DNA of 64,000 nucleotides from the NCBI GenBank assembly GCA_965207225.1, contig CBDBLV010000005.1, positions 64,001 to 128,000 of the forward strand. The letters run 5' to 3'. The notes beneath the pieces were generated by a model, which saw only the letters and a list, made by a program, of their open reading frames with translations, did not search any database and was not told the origin of the DNA. The stretch's first letter is position 1. Every line of letters begins with the position of its first letter. Position numbers and translations under genes: made by a program. Source of the stretch: Dehalococcoidia bacterium (GTDB lineage Bacteria > Chloroflexota > Dehalococcoidia > Plut-88900). Shown in pieces: positions 49,379-59,656 of this stretch.

Positions 49379-51049
49379 TTGTCCGAACGCATTCTAGTCG
49401 CAGTCGCCTGGCCCTATGCCAACGGGCCTCTGCACCTGGGCCACCTGGCCGGGGCCTACCTCCCCGCCGACATCTTCGCCCGATACCATCGCGCCAAGGG
49501 GAACGAGGTGATCATGGTGTCGGGGTCCGACCAGCACGGCACGCCCATAACCCTCCGCGCCGAGAAGGAAGGCGTCTCGCCGCAGGTGGTGGTGGACCGG
49601 TTCCAGGCCCTGTTCCTGGAGTCCTGGGACCGGATGGGCATCTCCTTCGACCTGTTCACTACCACGGGCACCGACAACCATCGCGAGGTCGTCCAGGACA
49701 TCTTCCTGAAGCTGCTTTCCATGGACTACATCTACAAGGGCGACATGATGCTGCCGCACTGCGAGAGCTGCGGCCGCTACCTGCCCGACCGCTATGTCGA
49801 AGGGACCTGCCCTCATTGCGGGAACGCCGGGGCCCGGGGCGACCAGTGCGACAACTGCGGCAAGCCCCTGAATCCGACAGACCTGCTGGACCTGAGGTGT
49901 CGGGTGTGCGGGTCTGCCCCGGAGATCAAGCGCTCCGAGCACTACTTCCTGAAGCTAAGCGCCTTCCAGGACCAGCTGATCGAGTGGGTGGAGAAGCAGG
50001 ACCACTGGCGCCCCAACGTCCAGAACTTCACGCTGCAGATGCTGAAGGACGGGTTGCATGACAGGGCCATCACCCGGGACATCGATTGGGGGATACCGAT
50101 TCCCCTGCCGGACGTCGAGGACAAGCGGATATACGTCTGGTTCGAGGCTGTGATTGGATACCTGTCGGCGAGTATTGAGTGGGCCAAGAACAACGGGACG
50201 CCGGAGAAGTGGCGGGACTTCTGGGGAGACGGGGCGAAGGGGTACTACTTCATCGGGAAGGACAACATCCCGTTCCACACCATCATCTGGCCGGCGATCC
50301 TGCTCGGGTACGGGGGCAGGGCCATTCCCTACGACGTGCCCGCCAACGAGTTCCTGAACATCGACGGGCAGCAGCTTTCCACCAGCCGGAACTGGGCGGT
50401 GTGGCTGCACGACTACCTGGATAACTTCCCTCCCGACCTGATCCGCTACTATTTGTCCGCCAACATGCCCGACACGTCGGACTCCGACTTCACTTGGGGC
50501 GAGTTCGTGCGGAGGAACAACGGCGAACTGGTCGGGACGTACGGGAACCTGGTGCATAGGGTGCTCACCATGAGTTACCGCAACTTCGAGGGTCGGGTGC
50601 CGACGCCCGGGCCTCTATCCGATGATGAAAACGAGATGCTGGAGAAGATCAGGCAGACTTTCGAAGAGGTGGACGGGCTGATGTACCGGTGCCGGTTTAA
50701 AGAGGCGGTCAGGCAGGCGATGGGGCTGGCCCAGGAGGGGAACCGCTACCTGGACAGGAAAGCGCCCTGGAAGCAGGTCAAGGAGGACAGGGACGCCGCG
50801 GCCACGACGCTGTGGTGCGCCCTTTCCATAGTGGAAGGCCTGAAGACCATGCTTTACCCGTTCCTGCCCTTCAGCTCGCGCAAGCTGCACGGGTATCTCG
50901 GGCTTGGGGAGCTGGACGAAGGGGCCGAGTGGAAGGTCGGGGCGCCGGTGGAAGGTCGGGAGCTGCAGAAGCCGTCGCCGCTGTTTGCGAAGCTGGAGGA
51001 CGAGGTGGCCGAGGCCGAGACCGCCAGGCTCGGGCAGGCGTCGGGCTGA
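49379..51049 (+). CDS. metG: Methionyl-tRNA synthetase
   Basis: PYANGPLHLGH, Zn knuckles, YVWFEA, GKDNIPFH, LSTSR. Confidence 0.97.
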   Translation: MSERILVAVAWPYANGPLHLGHLAGAYLPADIFARYHRAKGNEVIMVSGSDQHGTPITLRAEKEGVSPQVVVDRFQALFLESWDRMGISFDLFTTTGTDNHREVVQDIFLKLLSMDYIYKGDMMLPHCESCGRYLPDRYVEGTCPHCGNAGARGDQCDNCGKPLNPTDLLDLRCRVCGSAPEIKRSEHYFLKLSAFQDQLIEWVEKQDHWRPNVQNFTLQMLKDGLHDRAITRDIDWGIPIPLPDVEDKRIYVWFEAVIGYLSASIEWAKNNGTPEKWRDFWGDGAKGYYFIGKDNIPFHTIIWPAILLGYGGRAIPYDVPANEFLNIDGQQLSTSRNWAVWLHDYLDNFPPDLIRYYLSANMPDTSDSDFTWGEFVRRNNGELVGTYGNLVHRVLTMSYRNFEGRVPTPGPLSDDENEMLEKIRQTFEEVDGLMYRCRFKEAVRQAMGLAQEGNRYLDRKAPWKQVKEDRDAAATTLWCALSIVEGLKTMLYPFLPFSSRKLHGYLGLGELDEGAEWKVGAPVEGRELQKPSPLFAKLEDEVAEAETARLGQASG

Positions 51050-51063
51050 GGGAAGCGCCTCCG

Positions 51064-52038
51064 ATGCCCGCATCCAAGGCCCTTTCCATCTACGAACCGA
51101 TCAAGGAAGAGCTGGCACTGGTCCGCTCAGACCTGGCAGCGATTTCCGAAGAGGACTTCCCGGGCCTCTCCGCCATGCTGGCCCAGGCGCTGAAGAGCAT
51201 CGGCAAGGGGACACGACCCGCGATAACCATCCTCTCCTCCAAGTTCCATGACCACGACCCCGCGGTTCCCAGGCTGATGGCCTGCGCCGTCGAGTTGCTG
51301 CACATCGCCACGCTGGTACACGATGACACGATAGACAAGGCGGCGCTGCGTCGGGGGCAGGCGACCATCAGCCACCTGTGGGGCGATCACGCTGCCGTCC
51401 TGGTCGGGGACTACCTGTTCGCCAAGTCGGCTACCTTCGTCTGCGCCACGGAGAACGTGCGGGTGATCCGGCTCTTCTCTGAAACGATCATGCACCTCTC
51501 CCGGGGGGAGCTGCAGGAGCGGATCGGGGCATACGACTGGACCACAGGGCTGGAGGACTATTACCAGAGGATCCAGCAGAAGACGGCCTCACTGTTCACC
51601 ACGGCTGCGGAGTCGGGGGCGATATTGAGCGGAGCGCCGGAGGAGACGGTGCAGCGTTTCCACACATTCGGGCACTGCCTGGGGATGGCGTTCCAGATCG
51701 TCGACGACATCCTGGACTTCCAGGGCACGGAGTCGGAGGTGGGGAAGCCGGTCGGGGCGGACCTGGCGCAGGGAGTCCTGACGCTCCCGGCGCTGCTACT
51801 GCAGGAACGATACCCGGATGACGACCCGGTGAAGGCGATATTCGAAGGGCCGGAAGACGAGGGGCACCTGAAGCGGGCGCTGGAGATGATCAACAATTCG
51901 TCGGTCATAGAGGACTCGTTCGCCGTCGCCACGGACTTTTGCCGGAGGGCGGAAGAGGCCCTGGCCCCTCTCCCCGACACACAGTACAGTCGGGCGCTGA
52001 TGGAGCTGCCTCCGTACGTGCTGGTGAGGAAGAGCTAG
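51064..52038 (+). CDS. Polyprenyl diphosphate synthase
   Basis: LVHDDTID..RRG and FQIVDDILD motifs. Confidence 0.92.
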   Translation: MPASKALSIYEPIKEELALVRSDLAAISEEDFPGLSAMLAQALKSIGKGTRPAITILSSKFHDHDPAVPRLMACAVELLHIATLVHDDTIDKAALRRGQATISHLWGDHAAVLVGDYLFAKSATFVCATENVRVIRLFSETIMHLSRGELQERIGAYDWTTGLEDYYQRIQQKTASLFTTAAESGAILSGAPEETVQRFHTFGHCLGMAFQIVDDILDFQGTESEVGKPVGADLAQGVLTLPALLLQERYPDDDPVKAIFEGPEDEGHLKRALEMINNSSVIEDSFAVATDFCRRAEEALAPLPDTQYSRALMELPPYVLVRKS

Positions 52039-52088
52039 CTCGACACCCTGCGGATTCCGCTCATCAAGTCGGGAGAAAGGACTACTAA

Positions 52089-53324
52089 ATGGAAACGGTA
52101 GTTCCGTTGATTATTGGCCTTGCAGCCGGGCTCCTGGTAGGAGGGGCGGCAATATGGCTGGTGCAGGGGTCTCGGGCGAGGGAGCGTCTGGCACGCATGG
52201 AAAATCAGTACAGCGCCCACGTCGCAGGCCTGGAGGGACAACTCAAGCAGACTGAAGCCGCTTCACATATCCTGGATACGGCCAAGGAGCAGTTGAGCGA
52301 GGCGTTTCGGGCCACGGCTAGCCGGGCATTACAGAGCAACAACGAGCTTTTTATGAACGTCGCCCAACAAAAGCTGGGCACGACGCTGGAGGCGGCAAAA
52401 GGGGAATTCAGGGAGCGCCACGAGCAATTCCAGGCCCTGGTCAAACCCCTGAGCCAGAGCTACGAGAGGCTGAACCCGAACATCGAGAGCCTGATCCAGC
52501 AGAATCGAGCCCTTGCCACGGAAACAGGCAAGCTTTCCAGCGCCTTGACTGACAGCCAGCAAGTCGGGAGTTGGGGGGAGGTGCAGCTGCGCCGGGTGGT
52601 GGAAATGGCCGGGATGATGGAGCATTGCGACTTCGTAGAGCAGACCAGCATAGAGGACTCGCAAGACAGACCCGATTTGATGGTCAGGCTGCCGGAAAAG
52701 CGCACCATCGTGGTGGACTCAAAGGCTTCCACAAAGGCATACATGGAAGCGCAGCAGACGAAAGACGAGACCGCGAAGGCAGAAATCCTAGAACATCATG
52801 CTGGCGCCCTGAGGACACAGGTCGATGACCTGGCCCGGAAGAATTATTCCCGCATGGAGGGGTCTCTGGACTTCGTGGTCATGTTCGTACCCGCGGACCA
52901 GTTCCTGGTAGCCGCACTGAGCGCCAACCCGGGGTTGATCGAATATGCTTTCGGGAAGCGAATAGCCATAGCCACGCCGGCCACCCTAATCTCTTTGCTC
53001 TGGGCGGTGGCAAACGGGTGGCAGCAACACCGCATGGCTGAAAACGCCGAAGCCATCCGTGCCGCTGCGGAAGAGATGCACAGCCGTATGTTGACCTTCA
53101 TAAATCACTATCAGAGCGTCGGGAAGCAGCTGCAGGCGGCGGTGAATGCCTACAATCAGTCCGTCGGCTCCTTTGACAGCCGGATAGTGCCCCAGGGGCG
53201 AAGGTTCGCCGAACTTGCCGCCAAGGGCGAGGACAGCATCCCTTCACCCCCGCAATTGGAGCAAATGGTCCGCACATCGCGGCACGCCGGATTGCTGGGC
53301 TCTGCGTCTGATCTCGAAGATTAG
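52089..53324 (+). CDS. rmuC: DNA recombination protein RmuC
   Basis: GSWGEVQL, RPD..V.LP, VDSK, DFVVMFVP, TPATL. Confidence 0.9.
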   Translation: METVVPLIIGLAAGLLVGGAAIWLVQGSRARERLARMENQYSAHVAGLEGQLKQTEAASHILDTAKEQLSEAFRATASRALQSNNELFMNVAQQKLGTTLEAAKGEFRERHEQFQALVKPLSQSYERLNPNIESLIQQNRALATETGKLSSALTDSQQVGSWGEVQLRRVVEMAGMMEHCDFVEQTSIEDSQDRPDLMVRLPEKRTIVVDSKASTKAYMEAQQTKDETAKAEILEHHAGALRTQVDDLARKNYSRMEGSLDFVVMFVPADQFLVAALSANPGLIEYAFGKRIAIATPATLISLLWAVANGWQQHRMAENAEAIRAAAEEMHSRMLTFINHYQSVGKQLQAAVNAYNQSVGSFDSRIVPQGRRFAELAAKGEDSIPSPPQLEQMVRTSRHAGLLGSASDLED

Positions 53325-53397
53325 GCTCCCGCCCCCGGCACGCGGTGAGGTTGGGAGTTGGGGGTCGGGGCAACACAGAGAGCAAAGGGATAGCAAG

Positions 53398-53733
53398 ATG
53401 AGCAGATTTATAGTCCTTTACCGCTCACCGGTGGCCGCGCTGGAGATGCTGCAGAGCGTGAGCCCCGAGGAGATGCGGGAAGGAATGGAACAGTTTCAGG
53501 CGTGGATGACGAAACTCGGGGATGGGCTGGTGGAGATGGGGTCGCCGCTGGGGGCGGGGGTGACGTCGTCGAGGCTGGGGAATGCCCCGACGTCTACGGA
53601 GGGCGGGATAACGGGGTATTCGATTATCGAGGCAGGGAGCATGGAGGAGGCGCTGGCGATGCTGGAGGGGCACCCGCATCTCGGGTGGGATGAGTCTTGT
53701 GAGATCGAAGTGCACGAGTTTCTGGAGGGCTGA
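53398..53733 (+). CDS. YCII-related protein
   Basis: GDGLVEMGSPL, GYSIIEA.SMEEA, HPH, IEVHE. Confidence 0.75.
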   Translation: MSRFIVLYRSPVAALEMLQSVSPEEMREGMEQFQAWMTKLGDGLVEMGSPLGAGVTSSRLGNAPTSTEGGITGYSIIEAGSMEEALAMLEGHPHLGWDESCEIEVHEFLEG

Positions 53734-53754
53734 GGGGCATCCCTCCGAGGGGGA

Positions 53755-53873
53755 GAACCCTCACCCCCTTGATCCCCCTCTCCCTTAGGGCCTATAAGGG
53801 AGAGGGGGATATATGAACAGAGGCATGCGCATATGCGTTGCACATGCGCAAGCCTCTAGTTCGGTACTGGGGA
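53755..53873 (+). repeat. ~120-bp composite repeat with variable palindromic cassette, copy 3
   Basis: Scaffold as in copies 1 and 2; cassette ATGCGCATATGCGTTGCACATGCGCAA. Confidence 0.85.
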
Positions 53874-53971
53874 AGGGGACAGGACACCACCCACCCACGG
53901 AATGGATTCCTGAGTAGGGGGTGGGTTAGAATGCCGCGGCGATACGCTACACAGTCCCCCGGAGGTGCTCC

Positions 53972-54841
53972 TTGTCCTACGACACCCTTCTCTACGAAAA
54001 GACTGGCCAGATAGTCAAGGTGACGCTGAACAGGCCCGAGGTGCTCAACGCCATCAGCGACGAGATGGTGAAGGAGATACGCCTGGCCGTTGACGAGGCA
54101 GACGCGGACCCCGACGTGCGGGTGGTGATTCTCACGGGTGCGGGGCGGTCATTCTCTGCGGGGTACGACATCAAGCCTCGGGAGGACGGCCGGCCGGCGG
54201 CGGACCCGGCGGGGCTGGAGATCGGGGACTACATCAAGCACTGGTGGGACCGGGACGCCTACGATACGGACCAGTTCACCCATTTCTGGAAGCTAGGCGT
54301 GCCCATAATCGCGGCAGTGCGGGGCTACTGCTTCGGGGGAGGGTTCTGGTACAGCATGGCCTGCGACATCACGATCGCAGCGGACAACTCGGTGTTTGGG
54401 CAGCCGGAGGTGCGGCACATCTCCAACACGTCGTTCATGCTGGCGGCCCTTTCGAACTGGAAGCAGGCGCATCGGTGGGCTTTGACAGGCGACCACATGG
54501 GGGCAGAGGAGGCGCTGCGCATAGGCGTAGTGACGAAGGTGGTGCCAGAGGCCGACCTGGACGCCGAGGTATGGGCCCTGGCAGAGCGAATAGCGCTGGT
54601 GCCGGAGGCCTCGGTGCGGGTGAACAAGGCGGTAACGTGGATGGGGCTGGAGGCGATGGGTCTCGGGGCGGCGATGCAGGTCAATGCGGCGCTGTCCAGC
54701 ATAGCCCACAGCTCCCACGGCGGGCACCGGGAGGCGCTTTGGGTGGCCCAGGCCGAGGGCGGGCTGAAGGGCTTCCTCGAGGCCAGGGACGGGCCATTCC
54801 TGCCCGAGCCTTTCGGGCCGAAGTCGAGGAAGAAGGAATGA
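53972..54841 (+). CDS. Enoyl-CoA hydratase/isomerase family protein
   Basis: LNRPEVLNA, FSAGYD, GGG, FGQPE. Confidence 0.88.
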   Translation: MSYDTLLYEKTGQIVKVTLNRPEVLNAISDEMVKEIRLAVDEADADPDVRVVILTGAGRSFSAGYDIKPREDGRPAADPAGLEIGDYIKHWWDRDAYDTDQFTHFWKLGVPIIAAVRGYCFGGGFWYSMACDITIAADNSVFGQPEVRHISNTSFMLAALSNWKQAHRWALTGDHMGAEEALRIGVVTKVVPEADLDAEVWALAERIALVPEASVRVNKAVTWMGLEAMGLGAAMQVNAALSSIAHSSHGGHREALWVAQAEGGLKGFLEARDGPFLPEPFGPKSRKKE

Positions 54842-56385
54842 TCGCGAACACTCACGACGTCATCGTTATCGGCGGGGGCCACAACGGGCTGACGTGCGCC
54901 GCCTACCTGGCGAGGGCGGGGCTGAAGGCGCTGGTGCTGGAGCGTCGGGAGATGGTCGGGGGTGCGTGCATTACTGAGGAGCTGATCCCCGGGCACCGGT
55001 TCCCGACCTGCGCCTACCACTGCCACATGCTCCAGGCGAAGGTAATCGATGACCTGGAGCTCAGGAGGCACGGGTTCGACGTGTTTCCACTGAACCCGGT
55101 GAGATTCCTGCCCTTCCCGGACGGCTCCTACATCAACCTGTGGCGGGACACGGACAGGATGATCAAGGAGATTGCGGCAATCTCGCCGAGGGACGCTGAG
55201 GCATATCCGGCTTGGGACAGGTTCTGGGAGAAGGCGGCACGGCTGGTGCAGGACTACGTGCTGGCCCCGGCGCCGACCCTGTCCGAGTTGTTCGACAGGG
55301 CCCGGGCCACGGGGGACGAGGACGTGCTTTCGACCATGCTGACGGTCAGCATGAAGGACCTGGTGGAAGAGTACTTCGAGTCGGAGCAGGTGCGGGGCGC
55401 ATTTATCGGGGCGGCGGAGACGGGGGACCCGGGCGAGGTGGGTTCTGCGTTTGCCATTGCATACTTCCACATAGACCGGTTCACAGACCCGAAGAACATG
55501 GGCCTGGCCAAGGGGAGCATGGGGGCGATTACGCAGGCCATGGCGAGATCGGCGGAGGCGTTCGGGGCGGAGGTCAGGACGGATTCTCCGGTGTCCCGGA
55601 TCGTCGTGGAGGGTGGTCGGGCGGTAGGGGTGGCATTAGACGATGGGTCGGAGTTCTACGCGCCGACAATCGTGTCCAACGCCGACCCCAAGCGCACCTT
55701 CCTGGACTTGCTGGACCCGAGCCACCTGGACTACGACTTCAGGCGTCGGGTGAGGCAGCTGAAGACTCGGTTCTCCAGCGTGAAGCTGCACTGCACGCTG
55801 ACGGGGATCCCGGACTTCAGCCGGTACCTGGGCGAGGGTTTCGACCCGAAGATGCTGGCGATGATCAAGATCTGTCCCTCGGTGGAGTACTTCGAGGCGA
55901 ACCTGCGGGATGCACTGGCCGGTCGGTTCACGACGAGTCCCCAGATGTACGTCCAGATACCGTCGGTCTATGACGACACGCTGGCGCCCGAGGGTCGGCA
56001 CGTGATGTCCATGTGGATGCAGCTGCAGCCGGTGACGCTGTCCAATGGGGACTGGGACCATTCGCACCAGGAGGTCTTCGACGTGTTGATGGACACGATG
56101 TCGGTGTACGCGCCCAACATCCGGGAGGTGGTGGACCAGTGGGAGGTGCTGACACCGGCCGACATCGAGAGGCGGGTGGGGCTGACCGACGGGAATATAC
56201 GGCAGCTGGACACCATCCCGTCGCAGCTGTTTTCGAGGCGACCTCTACCAGGGTGGTCGGACTACCGGACGCCGGTGGAGGGGCTGTACCTGTGCGGGGG
56301 CGGGACGCATCCGGGCGGGGAGGTGACGGGGGCGCCGGGACACAATGCGGCGCATGCGATTTTGACGGACTTGGACCGGGGTTAG
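54838..56385 (+). CDS. Phytoene dehydrogenase-like FAD oxidoreductase
   Basis: IGGGHNGL, YRTPVEGLYLCGGGTHPGG; ATGA overlap with upstream gene. Confidence 0.85.
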   Translation: MIANTHDVIVIGGGHNGLTCAAYLARAGLKALVLERREMVGGACITEELIPGHRFPTCAYHCHMLQAKVIDDLELRRHGFDVFPLNPVRFLPFPDGSYINLWRDTDRMIKEIAAISPRDAEAYPAWDRFWEKAARLVQDYVLAPAPTLSELFDRARATGDEDVLSTMLTVSMKDLVEEYFESEQVRGAFIGAAETGDPGEVGSAFAIAYFHIDRFTDPKNMGLAKGSMGAITQAMARSAEAFGAEVRTDSPVSRIVVEGGRAVGVALDDGSEFYAPTIVSNADPKRTFLDLLDPSHLDYDFRRRVRQLKTRFSSVKLHCTLTGIPDFSRYLGEGFDPKMLAMIKICPSVEYFEANLRDALAGRFTTSPQMYVQIPSVYDDTLAPEGRHVMSMWMQLQPVTLSNGDWDHSHQEVFDVLMDTMSVYAPNIREVVDQWEVLTPADIERRVGLTDGNIRQLDTIPSQLFSRRPLPGWSDYRTPVEGLYLCGGGTHPGGEVTGAPGHNAAHAILTDLDRG

Positions 56386-56882
56386 TTGCCGAACGAGCCC
56401 CACAGCACCGATACACCACCTCCCCAATCCAGCCACTTTGTACCCTCAAAAGGCTCACGCCAACTGTGCGTGCCACCTTCATCTATTACGACTAGATGTC
56501 CTACCCGTGCTCTCCCCCATTCCACTCGACCCCGAACCTTTTCTTCATCTTTCTCTACGGCACTCCATGGAACAACGGGAAACTTTGTCCGCCAAATGTC
56601 GCCACCCCAATCAGATCTCCTGTCTTTAGAAGGCTCATATTTGAATTCGATAACCACGGCTACAGGTTCATCGCAGTTCAGGATCACCAAATCTGCCTGT
56701 ATCCCGGGTTCCATTGTGTGCTCATGGAACACACGGTACTGCAGTTCTTTCTCCTGCATCTCCCTATGAAGCTGCAACTGCAATGTCCAAACGATGTCCC
56801 GCTCTGTGAAAAACCGGTACTCGGAGTAGTGTTCGCGTAACCATTCCATCGCACCCTCAAAAAGTTCAGTTGCCGTAGTCAT
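56382..56882 (-). CDS. Hypothetical PD-(D/E)XK-like nuclease
   Basis: TERD...ADLV...IEFK; lower GC. Confidence 0.6.
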   Translation of the reverse strand: MTTATELFEGAMEWLREHYSEYRFFTERDIVWTLQLQLHREMQEKELQYRVFHEHTMEPGIQADLVILNCDEPVAVVIEFKYEPSKDRRSDWGGDIWRTKFPVVPWSAVEKDEEKVRGRVEWGRARVGHLVVIDEGGTHSWREPFEGTKWLDWGGGVSVLWGSFGN

Positions 56883-56915
56883 TTCGTCTTAGGTCTCCTT
56901 ATTCGCAAAATCTTA

Positions 56916-57839
56916 TTACCCGAGAACGGCTCCCACAAAATCAGGGTGGCCGAGGAGGAAGGCGGTGATGTCCATGGGGCGTCGGCCCTCGGGTTGGACG
57001 GTTTTGAGGGCGAGGTGGCCTCTGCCAGTCTGGACCAGGATTTCACCCGGGCCACGGAATACGAGGCCCGGCTTGCCTGTCTCATCTCCAATCGGAGCAG
57101 CATCGATGATCTTCAGCCGGCGGCCCGACCAGGCAGTGAAGGACCCGGGCCACGGGTGGTAGGCGCGGATGCGGCGGTCGATCACTTCGGCGGGAAGAGT
57201 CCAATCAATCTTTCCGTCGGCTTTTGCGGCCTTGCGGCTAAAGGTGGCGAGGGAGTGGTCCTGGGGTTGGGGGTCAATCAAACCAGACGTCCAGTCCCGG
57301 AGGGTTTCGACCAGCAGTTGGCCGCCGATCTTCGACAGTCTTTCAGTCAACCGGCCGGTGGTCTCGGTTGGGCCTATCGGCACCTTGGCTGTGCGGAGGA
57401 TGGGGCCGGAGTCGACCTCCGGCTCTACCAGCATTATGGTAACTCCGGTCTCCTCGTCGCTTTCCAGGATGGCGTTGGCAACGGGGGCAGGGCCGCGGTG
57501 GCGGGGTAGTAGGGAAGGGTGGACGTTGAGGGCGCCTTGGCTCGGGAGGGCGAGGGTCCAGCCGGGGAGGATGAGGCCGTAGGCGGCAATGACGATGGCG
57601 TCAGGGCGGAGGGATTCCAGCTCAGTCCGGGCTTCGGTGGTGGAAAGGGTGGCTGGTTGGAAGATGGGGAGGCCGAGGTATTCGGCGAGGATTTTGACGG
57701 GAGACCTGGTGGTCTTCTTGCCGCGGCCGGATGGGCGGTCGGGCTGGGTGTAGACGCCTGCGATATTCGCCCCGTAGTCGGCGAGGCATTGGAGGGTCGG
57801 GACTGCGAAGTCGGGGGTGCCCATGAAGACGCAGCGGAG
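56916..57839 (-). CDS. fmt: Methionyl-tRNA formyltransferase (start codon unresolved)
   Basis: LRCVFMGTPDFA, NVHPSLLPRHRG.AP, D.G; first in-frame ATG is at 57824. Confidence 0.93.
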   Translation of the reverse strand, partial: LRCVFMGTPDFAVPTLQCLADYGANIAGVYTQPDRPSGRGKKTTRSPVKILAEYLGLPIFQPATLSTTEARTELESLRPDAIVIAAYGLILPGWTLALPSQGALNVHPSLLPRHRGPAPVANAILESDEETGVTIMLVEPEVDSGPILRTAKVPIGPTETTGRLTERLSKIGGQLLVETLRDWTSGLIDPQPQDHSLATFSRKAAKADGKIDWTLPAEVIDRRIRAYHPWPGSFTAWSGRRLKIIDAAPIGDETGKPGLVFRGPGEILVQTGRGHLALKTVQPEGRRPMDITAFLLGHPDFVGAVLG

Positions 57840-58252
57840 ATCATTGAGCTGTGAAGAAGCGTTGAAATGTCACCCCCGCGGGCTGGGATTTGGTGGCATT
57901 ATAGGGGCGGGTTGCGGGGTGGGGCAAAGGGAGTTTCGGTCGGGTGAAGGGGTCACGCCTAGCACCTAAAATCTCGCGGAAATTTCCTCAAAAATCCGCC
58001 CTTCTATTCATTGACATGGCCTTGAGTAGGGCATGTTATCCTCTTTCCGTTGGTGGAGGACCAACTCTTTTTGCGGCCCCTGCAGCTGAGGTTTTTCCGG
58101 TGGCGGAACTGGGTTAACCAGACCCCTCAGAAGGCAGGGCGGCAAGCGGGCTTAGCCCGGCGCACAGGTCTAAGCCTGACGGTCCGACTCCCCAGCCCCG
58201 TTCGAACAAAGGTACGCCTAGACCTTATGGAAACGCGCCCGGATTTCGGGCC

Positions 58253-59656
58253 TTGACAGACTTGGAGGAGATGGAAGAAGCAAACGCAAAAGACGTCTGG
58301 CGTGCGGCGCTGGGTGAGTTGGAACTGCAAGTCACAAAGCCCTATTTCGAGACGTACCTGAAGGGCACGTCGGGGTTGTCGCTGGAGGAGAACACGTTTG
58401 CCGTGGCGGCGCCCAACTCCTTCGTCACCGAATGGCTTCGGCTGAAGATGAAGCCCCGGGTGGAGGAGACGCTGTCGGGACTGTTGGGAAGGTCGGTGGC
58501 TGTGGAGTTCATGGTGTCGAGCCCGCCCGGTACCCGGCAGGAAACCTTTACTCCCGTGAGGTCCGTGGAAGGCGACGGGGACGAGGGCTTCTACTCACGG
58601 TGGGAGGAGGGCTATTCCGACACCGGGTCGCCGGTATTGCTGAACCGGCGCTACACCTTCGACTCAATAGTTGTTGCGAGGTTCAACAGGGTGGCCTATG
58701 CGGCGGCGCAGGCGGTGTCGGAGAACAAGGAATGTCATTTCAACCCGCTGTTCATATATGGCGAGGCAGGCTTGGGCAAGACGCACCTGCTACACGCGAT
58801 AGGCCACCTGGCGAAGTCCCGGCGGCGTTCGATGTTGTATGTCGGGGCTGAACAGTTCACGACGGACTATGCGGAGGCGGCCCGGGACCGCAACTTCGGT
58901 GCGTTCCGGCACAAGTACCGGGGAGTCGATCTGCTGATGGTGGACGACATCCAGTTCATCGGGGGGAAGAGGCAGACGCAGGAAGGATTCTTCCACGTCT
59001 TCAACCACCTGCACGAGACGAACCGCCACCTAGTGCTGGCGGGTGACCGACATCCGAGGGAGATCGAGGGCCTCGACCCGAGGCTGGTGTCGCGGTTCGA
59101 GGGCGGCCTGCTGGCGGATGTGAAGATGCCGGGTCTGGGGTCACGGGTGAAGATACTGAAGCTGAAATGCTCGATTATGGAGGTCGAGGTTCCAAACTCG
59201 GCGCTGGAGATGATAGCTCGGGTAGCGGATGGAAGTGTGAGGAGGCTGGAGGGGGCGTTGCACAGGGTGCTGGCACTGGCGAAAGCCGAAGAGAAGACCG
59301 TAACTCCCGCACTCGTGACGGAGGCGCTGGTCGGGGATGCGGAGCTATCCGAGGCTCACACAAGCCCAGAGGAGATCATCCAGTCAACGGCGGCGCACTT
59401 CGGTCTTTCAGTCCAGGACATCACAGGCAGCCGACGGCTAAAGAACTACGTCCACGCGCGAAGCATAGCCATGTACCTGATCCGGGAGGAGCTACGCCTG
59501 CCTCCGATGAGGATCGGAGCGTTGTTCGGAGACAGGACGCCGTCAGGGGTCAGCGCCTCCTGCAGGAAGATTGCCGAGCACGTGCCCACCAGCAAGTCAC
59601 TAAAGCGGGACCTGGCGACAATAAGGGACATGCTTTTCGCCGGGCCCCGGGTCTAA
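58253..59656 (+). CDS. dnaA: Chromosomal replication initiator DnaA (divergent domain IV)
   Basis: YTFD, NPLFIYG..GLGKTHL, DDIQF, SRFEGG, RRLEG. Confidence 0.93.
   Translation: MTDLEEMEEANAKDVWRAALGELELQVTKPYFETYLKGTSGLSLEENTFAVAAPNSFVTEWLRLKMKPRVEETLSGLLGRSVAVEFMVSSPPGTRQETFTPVRSVEGDGDEGFYSRWEEGYSDTGSPVLLNRRYTFDSIVVARFNRVAYAAAQAVSENKECHFNPLFIYGEAGLGKTHLLHAIGHLAKSRRRSMLYVGAEQFTTDYAEAARDRNFGAFRHKYRGVDLLMVDDIQFIGGKRQTQEGFFHVFNHLHETNRHLVLAGDRHPREIEGLDPRLVSRFEGGLLADVKMPGLGSRVKILKLKCSIMEVEVPNSALEMIARVADGSVRRLEGALHRVLALAKAEEKTVTPALVTEALVGDAELSEAHTSPEEIIQSTAAHFGLSVQDITGSRRLKNYVHARSIAMYLIREELRLPPMRIGALFGDRTPSGVSASCRKIAEHVPTSKSLKRDLATIRDMLFAGPRV

Noticed and set aside
54244-56385. 713-aa fusion ORF; likewise 16607..17581, 39427..40698 and 50812..52038 long N-termini
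   Set aside because: Extensions overlap other genes or repeats and lack homology signal; real starts are downstream.
58011-58042. dnaA promoter TTGACA...TATCCT
   Set aside because: The spacer is 20 nt, so it cannot be confidently assigned.
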